From contig JBOEGD010000002.1 in the NCBI GenBank assembly GCA_050633245.1, forward strand, positions 182,520 through 246,519: a DNA stretch of 64,000 bases, written 5' to 3'. Below are positions 1 through 10,293 of the stretch, one piece after another. Source of the DNA: Calditrichia bacterium (GTDB lineage: Bacteria; Calditrichota; Calditrichia; RBG-13-44-9; J075). Below the pieces are notes generated by a model. It was given only the letters and a program-made list of their open reading frames with translations, did no database searches and was not told the origin of the DNA. Position numbers and translations under genes: made by a program. Every line of letters starts with the position of its first letter. The first letter of the stretch is position 1.

Positions 1-735
1 AAAAGTAGCGGATCCAAAATAGATACGGATGTATTCAAAGCCAGGCCCAAAACCCCCATCATTGCCCATTAAGACCAGATCATCATACCCGTCTCCATTT
101 AAGTCCCCGGTTGTCACGTCCCAGCCCAAACGAAACCAGATGGAGTCACCTTCAAATACGTAATCCGGCTGCAGGTCAAAAGGATCACCGCCCATAAAAA
201 TTCGGATCAAACCTGTATAGTTTAAGCTATCTGGCCTTGCCAGGATCACATCATCATACCCGTCCCCGTTTAAGTCTCCTGTGGCTGCATTTTCAGCACC
301 ATAACCCAAGATTAGATCCGGCACACTGTCCATACCCGCCACCAAATGGTGTATGACGGTTGTTGTTCCACTGCCAAAATAGGGCTGAATAAATTCCTGA
401 ATACCATCCCCATTAAGGTCAGCAATCATTGCATCAATAGAAATTTCACCGAACCCAAATCGACCCATTTCACGAAACACAATTTCCGGGCGCGTATTAG
501 CAGGGAAAGCACCATAAAACAGTAACGTACTATCGCGATTTACGCTCCAGGAAATATATTCATCAAAGCCGTCGTTATTTAGATCACCGGCATTGAGTAG
601 GTTCCAACCCAAATACAGATTGGTTTGCCAGCCGACGAACTGCTGTAGGTGTTCGAGCTGGTAGTTCTGTGCGGGCATCTTTGCTGGAAATAGCACAACG
701 GTGATTAGGATAAATACATACCATTTGGGTTGCAT
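1..735 (-). CDS. Secreted FG-GAP/integrin-alpha-repeat protein, 3' end runs off the window
   Basis: Absent from the ORF track because it has no stop in the window. Read by hand: ATG at 735 after GAAGAGG, signal-like N-terminus MQPKWYVFILITVVLFPA, repeated GDLNNDGFDE / DLNGDGIQE / GDLNGDGYDD motifs, open to position 1. Confidence 0.85.
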   Translation of the reverse strand, partial: MQPKWYVFILITVVLFPAKMPAQNYQLEHLQQFVGWQTNLYLGWNLLNAGDLNNDGFDEYISWSVNRDSTLLFYGAFPANTRPEIVFREMGRFGFGEISIDAMIADLNGDGIQEFIQPYFGSGTTTVIHHLVAGMDSVPDLILGYGAENAATGDLNGDGYDDVILARPDSLNYTGLIRIFMGGDPFDLQPDYVFEGDSIWFRLGWDVTTGDLNGDGYDDLVLMGNDGGFGPGFEYIRIYFGSATF

Positions 736-911
736 GAAAGACCTCTTCATTAGTGTTTGGGCAAGGTAAACCCTCGTGTTCAGAGTCGCTAGCGGAACCT
801 GCACGTACAAAAGAATAGGAGCGAGTAGTATGCTCTTTTGAATGAGGGGGTTAATCAAAAGATTGGAAGTGATGGACAAAAAGTCCAGAAGTAATATTAT
901 AAACGAAAGAG

Positions 912-3311
912 CTACTCCCGCAGGGTCACAACGGTTACACCGCTGTCGCCTTCACCATATTTACCCATACGCCTGGACTCAACACGTTTATCACGGGAGA
1001 GGTACTGGTTGATTTCGGTCCGTAGCGCACCGGTGCCTTTGCCATGCACAATGCGCACTTCCTTCCAGCCACTGCTAACCGCTTCAGCGAGATATAGATT
1101 GGTCTCTTCTATCGCCTGCTCAGGATAAAGACCACGCACATCCAGCTCCATGCCAACGCCGCTAAGCGGCTTATCAATATCGCTGCCCTTACGCTGCTTA
1201 ATGACCTTGGTTTTCGGCTTGGCCTTTTTTAATCCACGTAAGTTTGCAACATCAAGCTTCATTTTGATATGGTTCACCAGAACGCGAACCTGCTTTTTTT
1301 CACCAACATTATCCAGCAGTTCACCTTCTTCTTTCAGCGATTCGATAAACACAACATCGCCTTTTTTCAGGCTCCGATTATCGGGTGCAGCTGGCTTTTC
1401 AACGGCAATCAGCTTATCGACTTCGTTCTTCTTCGCTTCAAGCGCTTCGCGCGCGGCCTTAATAGACGTCTTCGATCCGCCGCTGGCGCGAATGTCCTGC
1501 ACCGAACGTTCAATAAGCGCATTTGCGTTTTTCAGAACCTGCTCGGCCTCAAGCGCAGCCTTACGCTGGAGCTCTTTTTTGTTCTTCTTTAAACTCTCGA
1601 CCTGCGTTTCATAAAGAGTTGTCATCGCTTCTGCTTTAGAGAGCTTAATGCTGAGGTCACGTCTCTCTTTGTCCTGGCTTTGCAGCTTTTCTTCCAGGCT
1701 CAAGATCAGGTCTTCCAGGCGATTGCGCTCTTGCCCTACCCTTTCACGTGCTTTATCAATTAATGAGTCTGGCAGGCCGTAACGACGGGAAATCTCAAAG
1801 GCATAACTGCTGCCGGGCACGCCTACGCGTAGATTGTACGTCGGCAACAACGTTTTAAGATCAAACTCCATCGAGCTGTTCTCTACAGATGCATTATCGT
1901 GTGCAAAGGCTTTCAATTCTCCATGATGCGTCGTAGCAATCGTCAATATATTTCGCTCCGTCAGCTCACTCAACACGGCAATTGCCAGCGCAGCACCTTC
2001 GCGCGGATCGGTTCCGGTTCCGGCCTCGTCCAGCAGCACCAGGCTATGTTCATCGCTATGTTCGAGGATATCGCGCAGTCTCACAACATGTGCAGAGAAG
2101 GTACTGAGGTCATTTTCCAGAGACTGTCGATCGCCAATATCCACCATAATCTGGTTCAGTAAAGGAATTTCGCTATCCGGGTGCGCCGGAATTAACATGC
2201 CCATACGCGTCATTAGAATTAGCAAACCAACCGTTTTCATCGACACCGTTTTACCACCGGCATTTGGTCCGGTAATAACCAGCGTCGAAAAGTCTTCGCC
2301 AAGGGTAAGGCTGAGCGGCACAACTTCTTCATGCGGCATTTTCAGCAGCAACAACGGGTGGCGAGCATCTTTTAGCATCAGCTTCGAAGTTGTTGAAATT
2401 TTAGGAGCACTGGCATCGAGCTTGACCGCAAATCGTGCTCGCGCCAGGATTAAATCCAATATGGCAAGATTTTCCAGTCCGAAGGCGATGTCATCGCGAA
2501 TTTCGCGCACCAGTCCGGTCAGAAAGCGTAAAATCTTGATAATTTCATTGCGTTCCTGAAGTCGCAGGTTCTGAATTTCATTGCTGATTTTCAGAGTTTC
2601 CATTGGTTCGACGAAAACGGTATTCCCTGAAGAAGAGGTACCGTGTACAATACCACTCACTTTATTCACAAAAGACGGCACAATTCCGAGCACCATACGC
2701 CCATCGCGTAGCGTGACAATCTCATCCTGACTGAAATCGCCATAGATCTTTTGTGCCTTTTGCAGCGCGCGCTTGTTATCGCCTTCCAGTGAACGGATTT
2801 TTATCCGGGTTTTTCGCAGTGCCGGTGAGGCATTATCAAGAATTTCGCCGGATGGATCTATTGTTGCTTCGATTTCCCGGGCAATGTTTCGATGATAGTG
2901 CATATGATCGGCATAGCGTGCTGCTAATGGTGCTTCGGCACGTTTTTCACGAAAAAAGTGAGATAATTCACCGCACATCTGCAGGTAGCTTTTTATATCG
3001 AGAAGTGCTTCCGGTTCGAGGTAGGCGTTTTCAGGACGAGATTTGTGCAACTCTGGTCTAATGTCAGAAAAACCGCCAATCGGCACATGGTAACCCGCGT
3101 TTAGCAATCCAGCCATCTCGCTGGCTTCATCGAGCCAACCGCGAATTTGCCCAATATCGGACGAAAAGTCTAGCTCCTGCAGCTTATCACGACCAAATGG
3201 CGTTGCTAACTGTTCAGCAAGAGCGTCCAGTACTTTATTAAAACCGAGTTGCTGTAGTGATGTGGGATCGTGGCTGAGGTGATTTATGCGATCAGAGCCG
3301 GAATTAATCAT
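912..3311 (-). CDS. mutS2: Endonuclease MutS2
   Basis: Walker A VITGPNAGGKT, DIGDRQSLENDLSTFSAH, LLDEAGTGTDP, C-terminal Smr domain (LDVRG...IVHGKGTGALR). Start placed at the ATG overlapping the end of cvpA; the track gives 3374. Confidence 0.95.
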   Translation of the reverse strand: MINSGSDRINHLSHDPTSLQQLGFNKVLDALAEQLATPFGRDKLQELDFSSDIGQIRGWLDEASEMAGLLNAGYHVPIGGFSDIRPELHKSRPENAYLEPEALLDIKSYLQMCGELSHFFREKRAEAPLAARYADHMHYHRNIAREIEATIDPSGEILDNASPALRKTRIKIRSLEGDNKRALQKAQKIYGDFSQDEIVTLRDGRMVLGIVPSFVNKVSGIVHGTSSSGNTVFVEPMETLKISNEIQNLRLQERNEIIKILRFLTGLVREIRDDIAFGLENLAILDLILARARFAVKLDASAPKISTTSKLMLKDARHPLLLLKMPHEEVVPLSLTLGEDFSTLVITGPNAGGKTVSMKTVGLLILMTRMGMLIPAHPDSEIPLLNQIMVDIGDRQSLENDLSTFSAHVVRLRDILEHSDEHSLVLLDEAGTGTDPREGAALAIAVLSELTERNILTIATTHHGELKAFAHDNASVENSSMEFDLKTLLPTYNLRVGVPGSSYAFEISRRYGLPDSLIDKARERVGQERNRLEDLILSLEEKLQSQDKERRDLSIKLSKAEAMTTLYETQVESLKKNKKELQRKAALEAEQVLKNANALIERSVQDIRASGGSKTSIKAAREALEAKKNEVDKLIAVEKPAAPDNRSLKKGDVVFIESLKEEGELLDNVGEKKQVRVLVNHIKMKLDVANLRGLKKAKPKTKVIKQRKGSDIDKPLSGVGMELDVRGLYPEQAIEETNLYLAEAVSSGWKEVRIVHGKGTGALRTEINQYLSRDKRVESRRMGKYGEGDSGVTVVTLRE

Positions 3312-3903
3312 TTCCGAGCTGTTCATCAAGTTGATCTTTGAAGTCGTTTTTGAGGTCTTCGACTGCTTTTTCACGAATTTTTTCCTTACCCTTATTAAAT
3401 ATCTCTTTCACCTTATCCGGCAACCTGTCTGAGCCAATATAGTCGTATAATTTTGGCACCAGTTGATAGATGGGTTGGTAGAGCTGACTTTCAGCCTGAT
3501 AGGGTTCAAGTGCCTTCTGATATGGAACGAAGGACAAATACATGAACAACAGGCTAAGAATGAGAGCTCCCTTAAAGGCTGCGGCTGTTCCTCCGGCAAT
3601 ATTATTTAGCCAACCGAGGAGGAGATTTTCAACTATTGATGTTACGAGTCCTGCAACCAGCCGGGCGAGATAATAAAACGTAGAGAAAAGCATCGTAAAG
3701 CTAAACAAATGAAGCGCAATGCCTTCAAATGATGGGAAAAAATCGGTAATCCACGTGGCGAGATTGGAACCGAACATAATGCCGGCAAGCAATCCTGCAA
3801 TTACGCCGATCAGGCCGAGTACTTCGTGCACGAATCCTCTACGGATACCGTTAATGAAGTAACCGCCGATAACGGCTAATATTCCTAAATCCAGTGGAGC
3901 CAT
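3304..3903 (-). CDS. cvpA: CvpA (colicin V production) family membrane protein
   Basis: D-x-x-I...GIRRGFVHEVL and LNNIAGG motifs, four hydrophobic segments, usual position next to mutS2. Confidence 0.85.
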   Translation of the reverse strand: MAPLDLGILAVIGGYFINGIRRGFVHEVLGLIGVIAGLLAGIMFGSNLATWITDFFPSFEGIALHLFSFTMLFSTFYYLARLVAGLVTSIVENLLLGWLNNIAGGTAAAFKGALILSLLFMYLSFVPYQKALEPYQAESQLYQPIYQLVPKLYDYIGSDRLPDKVKEIFNKGKEKIREKAVEDLKNDFKDQLDEQLGND

Positions 3904-3906
3904 ATT

Positions 3907-4356
3907 TTAAAGAGCAGTTAGTGTGTCGCGCACAACCTGTTGAACCAGCTTTCCATCGGCCTGGCCTTTCAGCTTAGCCATAGCTGCTCCCATTACCTTG
4001 CCCATATCCTGCATGGACGCAGCGCCAAGACTTTCAACAACTTCTACAACGACTTTTACGATCTCATCCTTACCAAGCTGTTCAGGCAAATAAGACTCGA
4101 TGATAGCCAGCTCAGCTTCTTCCTCTACGGCACGCTCTTCGCGTCCGCCATCGCGGAATTGCTGAATAGAATCACGACCCTGCTTTGCAGCACGCTTCAA
4201 GAGCACTAAGACATCTTCATCGGTAAGAGCTTCGCCCTTTTCGATTTGTGCGTCTTTAATCTTGGAGCGCAAAATGCGAACAATTGTCAGGCGAGCTTTA
4301 TCGCCGGACTTCATCGCATCTTTCATATCTGCTGTTAGTTTTGCTTCTAAGCTCAT
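3907..4356 (-). CDS. yqeY: GatB/YqeY domain protein
   Basis: MSLEAKLTADMKDAMKSGD, IESYLPEQL, DMGKVMG, GQADGK; lies downstream of rpsU. Confidence 0.92.
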   Translation of the reverse strand: MSLEAKLTADMKDAMKSGDKARLTIVRILRSKIKDAQIEKGEALTDEDVLVLLKRAAKQGRDSIQQFRDGGREERAVEEEAELAIIESYLPEQLGKDEIVKVVVEVVESLGAASMQDMGKVMGAAMAKLKGQADGKLVQQVVRDTLTAL

Positions 4357-4394
4357 GATAGTATAGAGATCCTTTTTGCATAACATTCACATCA

Positions 4395-4427
4395 AATCCG
4401 GGACGAAAACAAAATTCATCCCGGATT
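4395..4427 (-). terminator. Hairpin downstream of rpsU
   Basis: AATCCGGGATGAA / TTCGTCCCGGATT stem on the minus strand, weak U tail. Confidence 0.5.
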
Positions 4428-4480
4428 CAAGATCGGTGTTACGCTGGTTTTAGTTCCGCTTGTGAAAGCGGAGAAAATTC

Positions 4481-4675
4481 TTACTGCTGTTCCAGCATTA
4501 GTTTACGAATCTTACGGCGCGTTGCATTTTCTTTGCGTTTGCGCTGCTCGCTTGGCTTTTCGTAGTGCTGATGACGCTTAATTTCAGCCATCAGGCCAGA
4601 TTTTTCGCAAGCTTTGGTAAAGCGCTTGAGTGCTTTTTCAAAAGATTCTTTTTCGCGAACTTTTACGTGAATCAT
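4481..4675 (-). CDS. rpsU: 30S ribosomal protein S21
   Basis: ESFEKALKRF...HYEKPSEQRKRK. Confidence 0.97.
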   Translation of the reverse strand: MIHVKVREKESFEKALKRFTKACEKSGLMAEIKRHQHYEKPSEQRKRKENATRRKIRKLMLEQQ

Positions 4676-4708
4676 AGACGTTACACCGATCCTTTTCTAT
4701 TAATGTGA

Positions 4709-5581
4709 TTATTCACCGTATTTATGCGGATTATCAATTCGATCAATTTCATAGTCTGCAGCGCGTTTCCAGTTGTTGTCCTTGGAAGCCTGCACAAAAT
4801 ACTTACGTGCTTCACTGCGCTTGCCCTGACCACGGGAAACAAAACCAAGTCCATAATTTGCTCCACCTTTTACGCGGCTCTTGCGAGCAAAGCGCAGGCA
4901 GGACTTGTAAGCGGCTCCGGCAGCATCATATTGCTTCTGCTCAAGGCGAATATCGCCGAGACGTAAGTAAGCGTCTGCCTTGCGAGACTTGGCGCGCATT
5001 ACCGACGTGGCTTTTTCCAATGCGGTAGCAGCAGCATCACGATTGCCTTCTTCAGCATTTGCCATTCCAAGACCGCGCCATGCCAGACCATCTTTGGCAT
5101 TTACTTCTGTCGCCTTTGTAAACATCCCAATAGCTTTGGCATAGTTTTTCATATCCATGTAAACCAAACCAAGGCCACGATGTGCTTTTTTCGCAGTGGC
5201 ATCGATATTCAGAGCGGCCTGAAAGCTGTTAATTGCTTCATTATAACGATCGGCTCTGGCCTGAACATCACCAAGCGATACATACGCTCTTACATAGGAC
5301 TTATCCTTGGCAATGGCAGTCTTAAAAGAAGCCTCTGCATCGGAATAGTTTTTCTTCATCTTGTTCGCAACGCCTGCCCAATAGTGCCCCTTGGCAAAGT
5401 TTGCGTCTAAAGCAACGGCTGCTTTATATTTTTCAAGAGCTAAATCATAATCCCGCGATTTCAATGCAAGATTGCCCTCATTGTACAATTTCTTTACGTC
5501 GTTGGATAGTTCATCCTGAGCGAATACGGATACGCTTAGCAGAATCATTACCAGAACCATCAGCTTTGACCATTTACTCAT
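4709..5581 (-). CDS. Secreted/periplasmic TPR-repeat protein
   Basis: Signal peptide ending VFA-Q, followed by about 7 TPR repeats (AYVSLG...AINSFQAALNID). Confidence 0.85.
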   Translation of the reverse strand: MSKWSKLMVLVMILLSVSVFAQDELSNDVKKLYNEGNLALKSRDYDLALEKYKAAVALDANFAKGHYWAGVANKMKKNYSDAEASFKTAIAKDKSYVRAYVSLGDVQARADRYNEAINSFQAALNIDATAKKAHRGLGLVYMDMKNYAKAIGMFTKATEVNAKDGLAWRGLGMANAEEGNRDAAATALEKATSVMRAKSRKADAYLRLGDIRLEQKQYDAAGAAYKSCLRFARKSRVKGGANYGLGFVSRGQGKRSEARKYFVQASKDNNWKRAADYEIDRIDNPHKYGE

Positions 5582-5705
5582 TTGGTGATACCTCCAATGT
5601 AACTTAACGATTAATCTCTCACATCGGGCCCGGGGCGATACATAAGACCCACATTATTTCAATTGCTCTTTTTAGACTCACATTCGTCAAAAAAGTTCAT
5701 CAACA

Positions 5706-6269
5706 TTACTTAACCCGGTCTAAATATTTTCCATCGCGAGTATCAACGCGGATCGTTTCACCAGTTTCGATGAACGGCGGTATCTGCGTTACATATCCCG
5801 TTTCAAGCGTTGCGGGTTTGTATGACGTGGTAACGGTAGCCCCTTTAAGATTCGGCTCAGTATCAACAATTTTCAGTTCAACAGAAGTGGGGAGTTCAAC
5901 ATCAATCGTCGTGGTTCCGTGAAACAGGATGCTAACCATCGTATTTTCCAGCAAAAAATAAACACTATCGCCCAACGTTTCGGCTGTCAGACTGATTTGC
6001 TCATAGGTCTCCATGTCCATAAAATGATAATCTTCATTATCGGAATAGAGATACTGGAACTCTTTATTTTCGAGTGATGCTTTTTCGACAGACTCATTGG
6101 GACGAAAACGTTCTTCGGCCTTTATTCCATCGGATACGCGCTTCATTTTAACAGCCATCAATGCCTGTCCTTTACCAGGAGTAATATGAGACACTTCTGT
6201 CAGACGATATAGATCGCCCTTGTGCTCTATTACGTTTCCTTTGCGCATATTTATGGCTTTAATTTTCAT
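5706..6269 (-). CDS. efp: Elongation factor P
   Basis: HITPGKGQA loop, FQYLY, FMDMETYEQ, KPATLETG, VDTRDGKY. Confidence 0.97.
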   Translation of the reverse strand: MKIKAINMRKGNVIEHKGDLYRLTEVSHITPGKGQALMAVKMKRVSDGIKAEERFRPNESVEKASLENKEFQYLYSDNEDYHFMDMETYEQISLTAETLGDSVYFLLENTMVSILFHGTTTIDVELPTSVELKIVDTEPNLKGATVTTSYKPATLETGYVTQIPPFIETGETIRVDTRDGKYLDRVK

Positions 6270-6297
6270 CTTGTTGCTGCTCCTTTATCAATCCGAA

Positions 6298-6325
6298 AAT
6301 ATACAATACCGAATGTAAACGGCAA
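6298..6325 (-). promoter_or_regulatory. Putative sigma70 promoter of efp
   Basis: TTGCCG-16 bp-TATATT on the minus strand about 30 bp upstream of the ATG. Confidence 0.4.
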
Positions 6326-6328
6326 GCA

Positions 6329-7183
6329 CTATAAATGCAAGCGCTTTAAACAATTTTCGTCAAGAAAATAAGCCTGCCCATCCATTGCAGCCCCTACTGC
6401 TTTTTTATAGGCTCTTCCTCGAAAAAAATTACGCAATTTCCGGTGCACCGGTAGTAGCTGCGGAGCAATTGGCCAGTGAAAGGATTGGGCATTCTCGAGT
6501 ACACAACCACTATCTATTGCCCAGGACAAACGAGAAAGCCCAAGTTTCTTCAAAAACTGACGAGATAACCTTCGTCTCACGGCCTCATAACCGGGGTCGA
6601 CAAAATAAGCAGCGCGAGCATACATCTCGGCATTATGGTAATATTCCGGCGTATTTAGAATCCCCACTGCCCCACAGCGACGGCCAAGAAGCAGCAAAAA
6701 GGTCAATACGGCTTTTCCCAAACCAAGCCCGGGAAACTCTTGCCCCGGAAGCGGCGGACGAGCATCTGAAAATTCTCCCAGAGGGTGCCGAAACATCAGC
6801 CATTCTATTTGAAGTAGTTCCGGCTGGTAAAAGTCAGACAGCGCATCGACCAACATGGGCGGAACGGCCGCATTTCGTTTTAATACAACTTCCCCCAGCA
6901 GCTCATTCTCATCAGGACTGGAACTATATAGCGCCAGTCGCTGCAAATAATAGTCTCGCGAGTCTAATGACAAGTAGAAGTCACTGTATCCAAGAGCCTC
7001 CAGGTGAGTGTAAACACCCGCTTTTTCGAGATAGCCGTTAATGATACTAACCGGCAGCACGCCAAGTAGCAACAGGGAACCGCCTGACGTGTCAGAAATG
7101 CCGTAAAGATCATCTTCAGAAAGCCCGGACAGCTCCGTAGCAGATGAACGTTTCGAATGTCGTTTGTATTTTTGTGGCCACAT
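6329..7183 (-). CDS. Hypothetical protein, possible GNAT-like fold
   Basis: 284-aa ORF with LQIEWLMFRHP...LPGQEFPGLGLGKAVL...HNAEMY; start uncertain. Confidence 0.7.
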   Translation of the reverse strand: MWPQKYKRHSKRSSATELSGLSEDDLYGISDTSGGSLLLLGVLPVSIINGYLEKAGVYTHLEALGYSDFYLSLDSRDYYLQRLALYSSSPDENELLGEVVLKRNAAVPPMLVDALSDFYQPELLQIEWLMFRHPLGEFSDARPPLPGQEFPGLGLGKAVLTFLLLLGRRCGAVGILNTPEYYHNAEMYARAAYFVDPGYEAVRRRLSRQFLKKLGLSRLSWAIDSGCVLENAQSFHWPIAPQLLPVHRKLRNFFRGRAYKKAVGAAMDGQAYFLDENCLKRLHL

Positions 7184-7184
7184 T

Positions 7185-7250
7185 TGATTGATGAGTTATG
7201 ATTGATAAGTTATGATTGATAAGTTATGATTGAACATTGGACATTGGACA
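7185..7250. repeat. Tandem repeat (TGATTGATAAGTTA)x3.5 followed by (ACATTGG)x2.4
   Basis: Read directly; 7-bp periodicity. Confidence 0.95.
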
Positions 7251-7434
7251 GAATCCTACCAGCGAATGAAGTGAGCGACCTATCAAGTCCCCAAGGGACG
7301 ACCTACCCCCTACCCCCATCTTTCTTCACAATGCTTTTGCACTATCACCAATGCGCTATTATATTTGATGCTTTTCGATGAATAAAGCAAGCGGTGAAGA
7401 AATTCATCTGCACACCCAAACCTGATGGGGAATC

Positions 7435-10149
7435 ATGGCAACACAGAAGACGTTCGGCACTCCTGAAATCTCTAAAGTATACGACCCGAAGAGCGTAGAA
7501 AAACGCTGGTATGAAACCTGGCTTACCAACGGATGCTTCAATGCAGAAGTCAACTCCGATAAACGACCCTATACCATCGTTATTCCGCCACCGAACGTCA
7601 CGTCGGTTTTACATATCGGCCATGCTTTTAACAATACGGTTCAGGATATCTTCATTCGCTATCGCCGCAAGAACGGATTTGAGGCATTATGGCTGCCTGG
7701 TACCGATCATGCCGGTATTGCGACGCAAAGTGTTGTTGAAAAACAACTTGCCAAGGAAGGGCTTACTCGCCACGATCTCGGACGCGAGAAGTTTATAGAG
7801 CGCGTATGGGAATGGAAAGAACAGAGCGGAAGCACTATTATCCGCCAGCTAAAAGAAATGGGCTGCTCCTGCGATTGGCGGCGTGAGCGCTTTACACGCG
7901 ATGAAGAGTATACCCATTCGGTTCAGGAAGTGTTTATTCGCCTGTTCGACAAAGGACTCATCTACCGCGGACAGCGTATTGTAAACTGGGATCCGCAAAC
8001 AGCTACCGCCCTTTCAGATGAAGAAGTCGATCACAAAGACGTTAACGGCAAGCTCTACCACATCCGCTATTTTCTGAAAGACAGCGATGAGAGTATTGTT
8101 GTAGCGACAACAAGACCCGAAACTTTGCTGGGTGATACCGGTGTGGCAATTGCACCCGATGACACCGACAAGCAACATTTAGTCGGTAAAACAGTTATTA
8201 TTCCCTTTGTAAATCGCGAAGTGTCGATTTTCACGGACGAACATGTAGATAAAGATTTTGGCTCAGGCTTTGTAAAAGCAACGCCGGCACACGACCCGAA
8301 TGACTTCGATATGGGCAAGCGGCACGATCTCGATCAGATCCTGATGCTGGATCCCAATGGCAAAGTATATGACGTGTGTAAAAAAGTTGATGGTTCAGAA
8401 ATAACCGATGAGCTGCCAATTCCCGAATCGCTTGCCAAACTCGATCGCTTTGAAGCCAGAAAGAAAATCATTGCCGAGCTCGACAAGATGGGTCAACTCG
8501 TTGAGATTGAAGAACACGCCCACTCCGTTGGCCACAGCGAGCGCTCGGGCGTTCCGGTCGAACCTTATCTGTCCAGCCAGTGGTTTGTAAAAATGGAAGA
8601 ACTTGCCAGGCCGGCTCTGCAAGCAGTGTTAAATGACGACATTCGCCTGCACCCGGGTGATCGCTGGCTAAAAACCTATATTCACTGGATGGAAAACATT
8701 CGCGACTGGTGTATCAGCCGCCAGCTTTGGTGGGGACACCGCATTCCGGTGTTCTATGATGATGCCACTGGAAAATGCGTTGCCAAGCAAACGATTGAGG
8801 AAGCACGCGAAGCGCTTGGGACAGACAATGTGCGTCAGGACGAAGACGTGCTGGATACCTGGTTCTCCTCCTGGCTATGGCCGTTTGCCACCATGGGTTG
8901 GCCAAAGAAAACGCCGGAGCTGGATTACTTTTATCCAACAAATACCCTGGTAACCGGCCCGGACATCATTTTCTTCTGGGTTGCACGCATGATTATCGCC
9001 GGTTATGAGTTTATGGACGAAAAGCCCTTTTCTGATGTGTATTTGAATGGAATCGTGCGTGATGATCAGGGTCGTAAAATGAGTAAGTCACTGGGCAACG
9101 GTATCGATCCGCTTAAGATCATCGAAACCTATAGTGCCGATGCGTTGCGCTCAACGCTGATTATGCTAAGTTCTGAAGGACAGGACATCAATTTGTCTGA
9201 GTCTAATTTTGAGGTTGGCAGGAACTTTTCAAATAAGATCTGGAATTCTTATCGTTTTCTCGGCATGCATCTTCACGATGCTCCCGAGGAAGATTATAGT
9301 GCGTATAGCGAACACTTTGAACTTGCCGACAAATGGATTCTCAGCCGCTTAAACCATGTGATTGAGCAGGTGGGAAACCGGCTTGAACAGTTTCAGGTGA
9401 ACGATTCGTTTAATGCAATCTATCATTTCTTCTGGGATGAATTCTGCGATTGGTATTTAGAGTTGATTAAAGCAAGACTCTTTGACGACAACAACCCGGC
9501 GGGGCGTAAAACAGCGCTCAGCGTGGCAAAACATATCGTTCGCACCTGTATGCACTTGCTACACCCGTTCATTCCGTTTATCACTGAAGAAATATGGCAA
9601 CAGCTGAAATCTGACCAGGAAGGAAGCATCGTCACTGAAGCATGGCCAATTGCTCAGGCGGCATACTTAAACGAAGCAGCTGAGAAGGAAATGCAGTTTA
9701 TTCAAAAAGCGATTAGCGCTATTCGCACAACGCGTTCCGAGATGAACGTTCCGCCGGCACGCAAGGCGACCTTGCTGTATCGCACCAACGACACAACCGT
9801 GGAAAACATGCTCCTCGGAAACGCGGGTTATATTATGCAGCTGGCGAAAATAGATAAGTTCGAACCGCTTTTTGAAGGGCAGGATCTCGAATCCACAGTC
9901 TCTTTGGTTATTGATGGAGCCGAACTGTTTATACCATTGGCCGACCTTATCGACCTCGATTTGGAGCGCCAACGCCTGACAAAAGAAATTGAACGGCTAA
10001 CCAAGCAGGTTATGGGGTTGGAGAAAAAATTATCGAATGAAGACTTTTTACGAAAAGCTCCGGAACAAGTTGTCGCAACTGACCGTAATAAGCTGCAGTC
10101 TTTCACAGAAAAGCTGGCCAAGGTAAAAGCCAATTTGGAGAGGCTGTAA
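7435..10149 (+). CDS. valS: Valine--tRNA ligase
   Basis: PPPNVT...LHIGH, DWCISRQLWWGHRIP, KMSKS, C-terminal coiled coil (KKLSNEDFLRKAP). Confidence 0.98.
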   Translation: MATQKTFGTPEISKVYDPKSVEKRWYETWLTNGCFNAEVNSDKRPYTIVIPPPNVTSVLHIGHAFNNTVQDIFIRYRRKNGFEALWLPGTDHAGIATQSVVEKQLAKEGLTRHDLGREKFIERVWEWKEQSGSTIIRQLKEMGCSCDWRRERFTRDEEYTHSVQEVFIRLFDKGLIYRGQRIVNWDPQTATALSDEEVDHKDVNGKLYHIRYFLKDSDESIVVATTRPETLLGDTGVAIAPDDTDKQHLVGKTVIIPFVNREVSIFTDEHVDKDFGSGFVKATPAHDPNDFDMGKRHDLDQILMLDPNGKVYDVCKKVDGSEITDELPIPESLAKLDRFEARKKIIAELDKMGQLVEIEEHAHSVGHSERSGVPVEPYLSSQWFVKMEELARPALQAVLNDDIRLHPGDRWLKTYIHWMENIRDWCISRQLWWGHRIPVFYDDATGKCVAKQTIEEAREALGTDNVRQDEDVLDTWFSSWLWPFATMGWPKKTPELDYFYPTNTLVTGPDIIFFWVARMIIAGYEFMDEKPFSDVYLNGIVRDDQGRKMSKSLGNGIDPLKIIETYSADALRSTLIMLSSEGQDINLSESNFEVGRNFSNKIWNSYRFLGMHLHDAPEEDYSAYSEHFELADKWILSRLNHVIEQVGNRLEQFQVNDSFNAIYHFFWDEFCDWYLELIKARLFDDNNPAGRKTALSVAKHIVRTCMHLLHPFIPFITEEIWQQLKSDQEGSIVTEAWPIAQAAYLNEAAEKEMQFIQKAISAIRTTRSEMNVPPARKATLLYRTNDTTVENMLLGNAGYIMQLAKIDKFEPLFEGQDLESTVSLVIDGAELFIPLADLIDLDLERQRLTKEIERLTKQVMGLEKKLSNEDFLRKAPEQVVATDRNKLQSFTEKLAKVKANLERL

Positions 10150-10255
10150 AAATCAACATAATTGTGAGCTGTGATAACGAAATTAATCTCATTTTTACGT
10201 ATTATCTAGAATAAGGTCGGATCAGGGAATGTATCGACGGTCTGGCATGCAAGTA

Positions 10256-10293
10256 AGCAAATCCACGCAATTTTGTGTGGATTTGTTGTTTTT
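10256..10293 (+). terminator. Intrinsic terminator after valS
   Basis: AGCAAATCCACGCA / TGTGTGGATTTGTT stem followed by GTTTTT. Confidence 0.7.

Noticed and set aside
6385-7041. 218-aa plus-strand ORF (and similar antisense ORFs at 1150-1614 and 34276-34845)
   Set aside because: Shadows of better-supported genes on the opposite strand, with no motifs
7250-7434. T-box leader for valS
   Set aside because: No T-box consensus or terminator/antiterminator visible
10200-10293. Small RNA between valS and the PEGA gene
   Set aside because: A TAGAAT box and a weak GU-rich stem are present, but there is no -35 box or recognisable RNA family; the terminator is explained by valS
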